Assembly: GCA_964486225.1 (NCBI GenBank) | Contig: CAZAMQ010000002.1 | Location: 1 to 61,562, forward strand | Direction: 5' to 3' | From: an uncultured Thermoplasmata archaeon | Lineage (GTDB): Archaea; Thermoplasmatota; Thermoplasmata; Halarchaeoplasmatales; Halarchaeoplasmataceae | DNA length: 61,562 nt | Shown here: in pieces, positions 53,869-61,562 of the stretch | How the letters are laid out: every line of letters starts with the position of its first letter | How positions within the stretch are numbered: position 1 is the first letter of the stretch | Translations under genes and position numbers: made by a program | Notes under the pieces: model-generated | What the model saw: the letters and a program-made list of their open reading frames with translations, nothing else | The model's database searches: none | What the model was told of the DNA's origin: nothing

Positions 53869-54582
53869 TTGAACTGGGTAGTCTTCGATGTGGACGGTGT
53901 ACTTATCGATGTGACCGAGAGTTATGATATAGCGGTGAAGCTTACGGTTGAATATTTTCTTGATACGGTCGTTGATAAGCGGTACATCGAAGAACTGCGT
54001 ATAAAGGGAGCCCTGGGTGACGATTATAAGCTGTCGGAAGCCCTGTTGTGCGGTTACCGTACGAAAGACATCGAAGGGTTCGTCCACAAATTTCCTTCCG
54101 GCGGTACGGTAGAGTGGTTGAGGGAGAACCATGAACTGTCCGTTTCTGAAGAAGACATCAAAAGGGTATTCGATACATATTATCTAGGAGAGATGTACGA
54201 TGAAAAACTCTTCGACTTCGACGGACTGTGGAAGATGGAAAAGAGGATTATCGACCTGGAACTTCTTGATAGAATGAAAGAACACTTCGAACTCGGGATC
54301 GTCACCGGCAGAAGCGGTATGGAGATGGAGCTGGCCGAGAGGGTGATAGGCCGTGAGTTCACTAACAAGGTGACCAGTGATGAGTACCTGAAACCAGACC
54401 CTAAAGCGCTTGAAGCGCTGGTTGGTGAGGACGATGGCGTGTACATAGGCGATTCCAGGACGGACGAAGTGCTGGTTGAGAGGTACAACCGCAAGTACGA
54501 AGGAAAATTCGGATTCCTGATGGTACGCAGGGACGTTGACGACGTTAACGATGCCGTCCGGCGTATCCTTGGATTCTCGTAA
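53869..54582 (+). CDS. HAD-superfamily hydrolase, last gene of the his operon
   Basis: 237 aa with a TTG start. Motif I VVFDVDGVLID, motif II GIVTGR, motif IV YIGDSRTDE. Confidence 0.7.
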   Translation: MNWVVFDVDGVLIDVTESYDIAVKLTVEYFLDTVVDKRYIEELRIKGALGDDYKLSEALLCGYRTKDIEGFVHKFPSGGTVEWLRENHELSVSEEDIKRVFDTYYLGEMYDEKLFDFDGLWKMEKRIIDLELLDRMKEHFELGIVTGRSGMEMELAERVIGREFTNKVTSDEYLKPDPKALEALVGEDDGVYIGDSRTDEVLVERYNRKYEGKFGFLMVRRDVDDVNDAVRRILGFS

Positions 54583-54686
54583 TGGAGAGATGCATTTACC
54601 GGGACAAGTTTTTATATTGCCTCTTACCTTAATGTATTAAGTACAAAAACTCCTTTGCGGGTGGTGGGCTATCCCAGGTGTATCAA

Positions 54687-56280
54687 ATGATACCAAAAAG
54701 GACGAGGGTAGCGTTCATGGCGGTTTTGCTGATCGTTGGTTCAGTCGGTGTAGTGTTCGGGTCTGTTGGTGACGCGGACGAGGATGTTCGGGTGGATGTT
54801 TTAACATCCTTCGCAGGAGGAAGATAACACCAATATCGCAAAAGGCCACGGCATCTGGGTTACCGGGAGCACGCCTCGCATCGAGAACGTTTCCGTTAAG
54901 TACAACCGGCAGGACGGCATCCGCGTTGAATCGTCCGTGAACATACCGGAGGCCGCGGAGTTCGAGAACTACGCATCGGAGATATACGACCGTCGATTGA
55001 CCTTCGACGGCGAGAACTCCGTACAACCACGCATCGCGGTGGAGGGGGACAGGGTATATATGGCGTATCTGAGGGCCGACTCGAACATCGTCAGCATGAA
55101 GATATCGGATGACAGAGGGATGACTTGGAACGAGCCGATAACGCTTTTACAACCGACGAACGAAGTGGAGCGTGTCGAGATGGCCGCCGACGGTGATAAC
55201 CTTTCGGTGGCGTGGGAAGTATGGACCGAATGGTTCCCGGGTGAACCGGAATTAACTCCCGAGCTTCATGTTCAATACAGTTCGGACAGCGGCGATTCGT
55301 GGGTCGATGAAACATATGTACTGGATTATTCCTGCTACCCCTCAATTGAAGTTATATCGGGCGATGTTTACCTTGCATACCTTTATCGTCCACATCCTCC
55401 GCTACCTATAGCAGGATCCGTAAGGCTAAGGTGGACAGTCGATGGCTGGGCTCTGTACGAACACGATTTTGAGATAGAATACGGTATACCGGAGATAGCT
55501 GTCGTGGGTGGTTATGAGGACAATATTATACACGCTGTAATCGCAAGCGAGGGATATATGTACTACACCAGAAGTGACGACAACGGACATACGTGGACGG
55601 ATTTTGAAGTTATCTCGGTATATACCGATGAGTTGCCCTACGGCTATATCGCTATGGAAGCGATTGAAGACCGTGTGTACATCGCTTGGAGCATGAATGG
55701 CGAGTATAATGGTATAGCTTTACCCCATAAGGTTTACGGGATGTATGCCGCATACGAAGAAAGCGACGGCTGGAACTTCCTGTCGTTCCCCTTAGTACCC
55801 ATCGACACCACCGTACCCAACGTACTCAGCAGTATCGAGGGCAGCTACGACACTGTACTGTCGTTCCAGAGCGCACGGGAGGAGATACTCCATGTTACGG
55901 AGGAAGATTCTCCCGAATGGAAGTCGTATGTACCTGATAGGCCGGATCATTACAACACATTGAAGGTACTGAACAACATACACGGCTTCTGGATACGGAT
56001 GACCGAAGACGCAAATCTTACCATCTACGGGTATGCTCCTGAAGAACATACCACAACACTCGTACTCGAACCCGGTTGGAACATGGTGGGCTATCCCAGC
56101 ATATCCGAAGGTAACAATAATCTACCGGAGGAAGTGGATATCATCGGCTACTTCGATGAAACAGAAGAATACAACCTCGCATACGATCACAATCCAGAAA
56201 CATTCGTGTTCGAGCCGGGTAAAGGTTACTGGCTGTACAACAGTGCCGATGAAGCTGTGGTCTGGACAGTCGAATACTGA
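54687..56280 (+). pseudogene. BNR-repeat surface protein paralogue with internal deletion and frame break after the signal peptide
   Basis: ATG 54687 encodes MIPKRTRVAFMAVLLIVGSVGVVFG and stops at TAA 54825. The homologous body is open from 54805 in another frame (..EEDNTNIAKGHGIWV..) to 56280. Asp-boxes SDDRGMTW, SSDSGDSW, SDDNGHTW. Confidence 0.6.
55253..55490 (+). repeat. 238-bp segment identical to 59931-60168
   Basis: Base-by-base comparison of the two paralogues found no mismatch. The flanks are clearly diverged. Confidence 0.9.
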
Positions 56281-56370
56281 ACCGTGACGAAACCAATATG
56301 CACACGGTACATTTAACCTACCAGGTTTGAGTTAAGGTGAACTTTGTCTTACGTGTCGTAAGTAGACTGG

Positions 56371-57684
56371 TTACCCCTCAAAACGCCTCTTCCTGTGGAT
56401 GGAGATCGCCACACCCACTATCAACAGCGTTGCAACCACCGGCACTACCAACGAAGAAAACTCGGATATCGGCTCGTCGTCGAAATCCGGATTCCGCTTG
56501 TAGTAGAGCTCGTAGTAGTCACCGTCACGGTCATCGTGCCAGGCGACGTGGATCATGTCACCCGATAGGGAGATAGCGGGTGTACGGGACCTGCTAGAAG
56601 AGTATGTAAGTCTAGTATCTCCTTCCCATGTGATCCCACCGTCTACCGATTGTTTGAAGTATATTTCATCAGGTCCGTCACGGTCGTCGAACCATACGAT
56701 GCATATGTCACTACCTGTTGTTGCTATTCTTGGAAAACCTACGTAAGTGGTAGGTCCAACTATAATGTTAGATGGCTCCCATGTGCTTCCATTGTTAGTC
56801 GAGCGGCGATAATGTATTATATGCTCGCTAGCAGATAGTCGTTCGTACCAAACCACATGCACGTTCCCGCCCCAGACAGCCACATCTGCATCTCCTTCCG
56901 AGTTCGGGCTGTCAGATAGTGCGACTTCTTCCCCCCATGTGGCACCGTTATCCGTAGAACGCCTGTAGTATATGTCTGTCAGCATGTATCCTTTCCGCTC
57001 GTCATACCATACAAGGTGTACTGTGGAACCGTCAACAGCAAGCCGCGGTACGGTGGAATGCCAAATTGCTTCGGTGATCCTTACTTCTTCCTCCCATGTA
57101 ACACCTCCGTCGGTGCTGCGTATGTAATATATATCCGTATCCAGTATACCGCCGTGCCTGGCATCTATCCAGGCAACGTGAACTATCATACCGCCGTCGC
57201 TGACGGCTATGGTGGGACCGCTCTTGTGTTCACCCGTTGGCTGCGTGATCTGCTGTTCCTCTTCCCATGTATCGCCTCCGTCGAGTGAACGGCGGAAGAA
57301 TATCTCGCGGGCACCTGCTGGTCCTCTCTGACTCCACACGACGTAAACAGTATCTTCGTGTACTGCTATATCATGGCCCCTAACAACGTACTCAGTATCA
57401 GAAATTTCAAACATTTCAGACCATGTCATGCCCCCGTCATCTGAATTCTTATATGATATAATATCTTTCCATCCGTCTCCCTCTGGCGTTGTTCTACGCC
57501 ACAATATATGAACTCTATCAATATGTGAAGTAATACTAACACTCCTGTCTCCTCCCTCTTCGTGGTATGTCAACCTGACATCCTCGCTCCACCCTTCAGG
57601 CGGCTCTGCAGCACTGACGATAGGTGTGATAAGTGCGATTGACATCACAATAACCACGACCATCGAGGACAAAGTTTTTGTCAT
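56371..57684 (-). CDS. BNR/Asp-box (sialidase-like beta-propeller) surface protein with C-terminal TM anchor
   Basis: 437 aa. Signal peptide. Six S.D.G.TW boxes (SDDGGMTW, SLDGGDTW, STDGGVTW, STDNGATW, STNNGSTW, SVDGGITW). C-terminal TM LVVPVVATLLIVGVAI. Confidence 0.8.
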   Translation of the reverse strand: MTKTLSSMVVVIVMSIALITPIVSAAEPPEGWSEDVRLTYHEEGGDRSVSITSHIDRVHILWRRTTPEGDGWKDIISYKNSDDGGMTWSEMFEISDTEYVVRGHDIAVHEDTVYVVWSQRGPAGAREIFFRRSLDGGDTWEEEQQITQPTGEHKSGPTIAVSDGGMIVHVAWIDARHGGILDTDIYYIRSTDGGVTWEEEVRITEAIWHSTVPRLAVDGSTVHLVWYDERKGYMLTDIYYRRSTDNGATWGEEVALSDSPNSEGDADVAVWGGNVHVVWYERLSASEHIIHYRRSTNNGSTWEPSNIIVGPTTYVGFPRIATTGSDICIVWFDDRDGPDEIYFKQSVDGGITWEGDTRLTYSSSRSRTPAISLSGDMIHVAWHDDRDGDYYELYYKRNPDFDDEPISEFSSLVVPVVATLLIVGVAISIHRKRRFEG

Positions 57685-57820
57685 CTATTATAAATGTAAC
57701 TAGGTGTAAATAGAATTTTCCCTCCTATTTTGAATTGATTATATATATATATAGGTATTAAACGAAAGATTTATGTACCTCTAGCCCCCTATCCTCTTGA
57801 TTTACAAGGAGGAAAAAAAT

Positions 57821-60487
57821 ATGTTTTCAGACGCAAAAATAGGGAGCAGATTGATGTCTTTTATGACCGTGGGTATAATCCTGTTGTCAGTGTTTGCAGG
57901 AGTCGGGATCGCTCAGGAGGATGATACCGCTGATAACACCGCCATGGTAACGTTGAGGGACGGAAATGATGGACTTGAAAAAGATTATGAAAGCGTACTT
58001 GAGCCAACAGGATCGGATATGACCGATGAACACTGGGGTGGAGAGTATGACCGCTGGATAAAAGAGAGCGAATTACCACGGTTTTTTACGGAGGACACCT
58101 TTGGTTATCCACGATTGAATATGGATCTTAACGATGAAGATGAGGGATCCGAAGGACTTGAGAGGACTTTCATCGGAGTTACCGACCTTCGGGCTGATAC
58201 ACACTCGATATACCTGGACGAGGACAACCCGATACATATCACCGTCAGAAACATCGGCGGAGATGCTGGTGATGCAGCATATACTGAGAACATCACCGCA
58301 ACTATCGGTGAGATCGAAAATATGATAGATGAGTACAGTAATCATCCACGCGTGGGTCAGCTCGAAAAGGCGGTGGAACGACTTGATGAAGCTTTGTTGC
58401 TGGTATCGGAGCACCAGCGTGAAGAGTCTATCAAATCCGTTCGTCAGGCGGTTGTTCACTTAAACGCCGCTGGCCAGGGAAGGCAGGGTATACCGACGGA
58501 AGAGATAATAGTCGAACTCGGAGAGGTCGTACGGTTGAAGGTGGGCACGGTGCTTGATGAAGCAGTTCGAAACTTCGGCTCCGAACATCCCGATGTACAG
58601 GAGGCTGAAGATATCTACGAAGAGGGAGTCGATAAGCTAGAAGATGGTAAATACATACCCGCACTGAACAGATTTAGAAAGGCCTTTGAAGTAGTTCTCG
58701 GTGCATATGTGTGTGATGTGAACATCGATGCGTACTCGTGGATGCCTGACGGTCATGAAGAAGATATATGGAGCGGAGAGGTAGAACAGTTGGAAGCCGA
58801 ATCGAAAGAAGTTCTAACGTTCAACTGGCACCCGACCAGGCGCGGCATACATTACCTGCGGTTCAACATGACCGGTGAGTACGAGGTCTACAGGTCACCA
58901 CCCGGGACGGAGGAGAGTCCGTTCAGGATGATGAGCTTTGGGGTGTCAGTGATACCGATGGCTGATGAGGAGATAGAGTGGCCCGGTGGAAAAACCATTG
59001 ACGAAGAGGTTGAGTTCCCAAGTGATGGATATGACAGTACGATAATCTACATGTATGAACATGAAAATGAGGGGAACCTCACCATAGAAGACGGTGGCGC
59101 ACTCATCTTCAGAGATAACGTGTATTTCATCATCGAGAATGAAAAGGAAGGTGATTACGGTATCAATATCAAGCACGGAGGAAGGTTCGAGATCGACAGT
59201 CCTCTGCGGACGACGACCATCAAGACCTATGATGATAACCTCTTGAAAACATACTTCTTCCACAATCACGGCAACGTTCACTTCACAGGTGCAACCGTGA
59301 TGCGTACCTTCGGCCCTGACGACACAACCCTCCCCGGCGGCATCCAGAACTTCGCCGGCAGTACGTGCGTGCTGAACAACACCAGCGTCCTGGAGGCCGA
59401 CACCCACAGCGTGTATGTAGTGGAAAATTCCGATGTTCGTATCATGGGTGCCGGTACTGTCATCGGGCGTGACCTGGATGGGCAGGAGGATAACACCAAT
59501 ATCGCAAAAGGCCATGGGGTTTTCGTCGATGGGGCAGTGCCGAACATACGTGATGTTTCGGTGAAGTACAATCAGAGGGATGGGATACATGTGAGTGACT
59601 CACAGCCCGGGCCGATACCAGCGGCCAACTTACATTATTATGCATCGGGCGACTACGACCGTCAGCTTACAGATGATGGAAGAACATCCACTCAACCGCT
59701 GATCGTAGCAGGTAACAATAATCTGTACATGGTGTACCTCGACGAGGATGCACAACATATCAACTTCATGAGGTCGGAAGACAAAGGTATATCATGGAGC
59801 GAGCCGACGATAGTTCCCGGGAGTGCCATCGAAGAGGGGCATATTGGAAATATCGATCTTGCCGCCGACGGTGACAACTTGGCCGTTGCGTGGGAAGTGT
59901 GGACCGAATGGTTCCCGGGTGAACCGGAACTAACTCCCGAGCTTCATGTTCAATACAGTTCGGACAGCGGCGATTCGTGGGTCGATGAAACATATGTACT
60001 GGATTATTCCTGCTACCCCTCAATTGAAGTTATATCGGGCGATGTTTACCTTGCATACCTTTATCGTCCACATCCTCCGCTACCTATAGCAGGATCCGTA
60101 AGGCTAAGGTGGACAGTCGATGGCTGGGCTCTGTACGAACACGATTTTGAGATAGAATACGGTATACCTGAGATCGCAGTCGTCGGCGATACCGTACACG
60201 CTGTAATCGCAAGCGAGGGATATATGTACTACGCACGAAGTGACAACAACGGTCATACATGGACGGATTTAGAAGTTATCTCGGAATATACCGATGAGAT
60301 GCCCTACGGCTATATCGCTATGGAAGCGACCGAAGACCGCGTGTATCTCGTATGGAGCATGAATGGTGATCATAACGGTATAGCTTTACCCCATAAGGTT
60401 TACGGGATGTATGCCGCATACGAAGATGGCGAGTGGGTAGAAATCTTTTTTACGTTCCTATTCCATAGAGTAAACGGAGGCACATAA
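57821..60487 (+). CDS. large surface protein: signal peptide, N-terminal domain, beta-helix-like region, BNR region (C-terminally truncated relative to the paralogue)
   Basis: ATG 57821 preceded by AAGGAGG. 888 aa. The region from 59478 is homologous to 54814-55760. The ORF ends 20 codons after homology with the paralogue is lost. Confidence 0.75.
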   Translation: MFSDAKIGSRLMSFMTVGIILLSVFAGVGIAQEDDTADNTAMVTLRDGNDGLEKDYESVLEPTGSDMTDEHWGGEYDRWIKESELPRFFTEDTFGYPRLNMDLNDEDEGSEGLERTFIGVTDLRADTHSIYLDEDNPIHITVRNIGGDAGDAAYTENITATIGEIENMIDEYSNHPRVGQLEKAVERLDEALLLVSEHQREESIKSVRQAVVHLNAAGQGRQGIPTEEIIVELGEVVRLKVGTVLDEAVRNFGSEHPDVQEAEDIYEEGVDKLEDGKYIPALNRFRKAFEVVLGAYVCDVNIDAYSWMPDGHEEDIWSGEVEQLEAESKEVLTFNWHPTRRGIHYLRFNMTGEYEVYRSPPGTEESPFRMMSFGVSVIPMADEEIEWPGGKTIDEEVEFPSDGYDSTIIYMYEHENEGNLTIEDGGALIFRDNVYFIIENEKEGDYGINIKHGGRFEIDSPLRTTTIKTYDDNLLKTYFFHNHGNVHFTGATVMRTFGPDDTTLPGGIQNFAGSTCVLNNTSVLEADTHSVYVVENSDVRIMGAGTVIGRDLDGQEDNTNIAKGHGVFVDGAVPNIRDVSVKYNQRDGIHVSDSQPGPIPAANLHYYASGDYDRQLTDDGRTSTQPLIVAGNNNLYMVYLDEDAQHINFMRSEDKGISWSEPTIVPGSAIEEGHIGNIDLAADGDNLAVAWEVWTEWFPGEPELTPELHVQYSSDSGDSWVDETYVLDYSCYPSIEVISGDVYLAYLYRPHPPLPIAGSVRLRWTVDGWALYEHDFEIEYGIPEIAVVGDTVHAVIASEGYMYYARSDNNGHTWTDLEVISEYTDEMPYGYIAMEATEDRVYLVWSMNGDHNGIALPHKVYGMYAAYEDGEWVEIFFTFLFHRVNGGT
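59931..60168 (+). repeat. 238-bp segment identical to 55253-55490
   Basis: See the partner feature. Confidence 0.9.
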
Positions 60488-60496
60488 TTGCCTAAA

Positions 60497-61562
60497 ATGC
60501 CGATCACGAGGGTGCGGCGTGCACAAAAAGGGAAGCAGGAGAGGAATTTTAGATTGAGGTCTGTTTCCATCGTCGTCGCTTTTTTAATGATGGTTGCGAT
60601 TATACTGGGCGGCGTGACGTTTTCCAATATGAATTACAGTTCAACCGCATACGATTACACGACGAGAAGCCCGGATGGGTGGAGCGAGGACGTGAGGATA
60701 ACTGTCAATCAAGATGCACCGGATAGGGAACCAGCGATAGCTGCGAGTGGTGAAAACATTCATATCGTTTGGACAGGCATGGAGTATGCTGGCGCTAGAC
60801 AAAAGATAATGTACACCAAGTCTAATAACCATGGTGAAACATGGAGTGAATTTCAACAGTTGAGTTTCGATGGTATGAATTCAAAAAGGTCATCCATTGC
60901 AGTAGTAAGCGATAACATCCATGTGGTATGGGACGATACGGGCGGTATTGCAGCCTATGAAATAAGATACACACGTTCAACTGATGGTGGCATCACTTGG
61001 AGCGAACCTATGTTTATCTCATCGAACGATGGGCATAACTCGCAGGCACCGAAGATAGCCGTTAGCGAAGATGGGTTGGACGTACATGTGGTTTGGGTGG
61101 ATAGAAGACATGGGAGCGAATCATCACCGCCGAACACCGAGCTGTACTACAACCGCAGTCTTGATGGAGGGATCACGTGGGAGGGAGAGGTGCGGATCAC
61201 CGAAGCACCGTATGCCTCTGCGGGTCCCAACATTGCCGTGAAAGGTTCTAACGTACATTTAGTATGGTCAGATGAACGTGCTGGGAAGTTCGATATATAT
61301 TACAGGCGCTCACTGAACAGCGGGGCTACATGGCAGAACGAGGTAGTACTTGCGGACGGAAGTAATTGGGAGGTTGGGCCTGATGTAGCTGTATGGGATG
61401 GGAACGTGCATGTTGTTTGGGTAGAAACTAACAGCGAAGACATAATCTTACACCGCAATTCTACTGGTAGCGGAGATTGGAGCGACGCACAGGTACTTAC
61501 CAGCTCATCCATCCGTGCAGTGCGCCCTCGGATAGTTGCGATAGAAGATGAAGTACACATGG
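60497..61562 (+). CDS. BNR/Asp-box surface protein, 3'-partial at the window end (absent from the ORF track)
   Basis: ATG 60497 is open to the end of the window. TM SVSIVVAFLMMVAIILGGV. Asp-boxes SNNHGETW, STDGGITW, SLDGGITW, SLNSGATW. Paralogous to 56371..57684. Confidence 0.8.
   Translation, partial: MPITRVRRAQKGKQERNFRLRSVSIVVAFLMMVAIILGGVTFSNMNYSSTAYDYTTRSPDGWSEDVRITVNQDAPDREPAIAASGENIHIVWTGMEYAGARQKIMYTKSNNHGETWSEFQQLSFDGMNSKRSSIAVVSDNIHVVWDDTGGIAAYEIRYTRSTDGGITWSEPMFISSNDGHNSQAPKIAVSEDGLDVHVVWVDRRHGSESSPPNTELYYNRSLDGGITWEGEVRITEAPYASAGPNIAVKGSNVHLVWSDERAGKFDIYYRRSLNSGATWQNEVVLADGSNWEVGPDVAVWDGNVHVVWVETNSEDIILHRNSTGSGDWSDAQVLTSSSIRAVRPRIVAIEDEVHM

Noticed and set aside
54662-54677. 16-nt exact repeat TGGTGGGCTATCCCAG, also at 56084-56099
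   Set aside because: A 16-mer match is expected about once by chance in a 61.5-kb window when both strands are compared. There is no flanking similarity.
57740-57753. (TA)7 dinucleotide run in the divergent promoter region between the 437-aa and 888-aa genes
   Set aside because: It is short and lies within generally AT-rich promoter DNA. It is plausibly just TATA-box sequence, and nothing indicates instability.
55253-60168. Diversity-generating retroelement (template/variable repeat) explanation for the near-identical BNR segments
   Set aside because: No reverse transcriptase ORF lies nearby. The tract is identical rather than adenine-mutated. Differences in the flanks include all substitution types (A/G, T/C and others).

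Overview
Archaeal chromosomal window. The evidence is two tRNAs with canonical 37/38 introns, RNase P Pop5, Nob1, a NurA-HerA-Mre11-Rad50 operon, and TATA-like boxes about 25-40 nt upstream of start codons. The lineage cannot be named from sequence alone. 0-15.6 kb holds housekeeping genes: FKBP and cyclophilin PPIases, a FAH-family hydrolase, acetyl-CoA synthetase, a nitroreductase, a UbiA fusion, Nob1, a gamma-CA-like protein, two radical SAM proteins, Pop5 and an endonuclease IV-like protein. It also holds four tRNAs (Leu-CAG, intron-containing initiator Met, intron-containing Ser-UGA, Arg-GCG). Three of them are followed by related degenerate box/hairpin modules or partial tRNA copies. 15.5-27.5 kb is an ~11.9-kb block bounded by 85-bp direct repeats of the endonuclease IV-like gene 3' end. 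It carries an AbiEi/AbiEii-like toxin-antitoxin pair, a 983-aa S8 protease and two GLUG-repeat surface proteins, plus an (ATGT)10 microsatellite and a duplicated promoter+signal-peptide segment. No integrase is visible. 27.5-33.7 kb is nurA-herA-mre11-rad50. 33.8-54.6 kb is an amino-acid biosynthesis supercluster: DAHP synthase/tyrA, pheA, metY-metX-metW, aspartate kinase-asd, proC and a ten-gene his operon. It is interrupted by a 762-aa beta-propeller/FN3/SHOCT surface protein. A 23-bp element is shared exactly by the pheA and DAHP-synthase/tyrA upstream regions, at the same distance from TATA-like boxes. 54.6-61.6 kb holds four BNR (Asp-box) surface-protein paralogues showing deletion, a frame break and a 238-bp identical conversion tract. 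No rRNA, CRISPR array, transposase or integrase was recognised. All protein calls rest on motifs read from the supplied translations, not on database searches.
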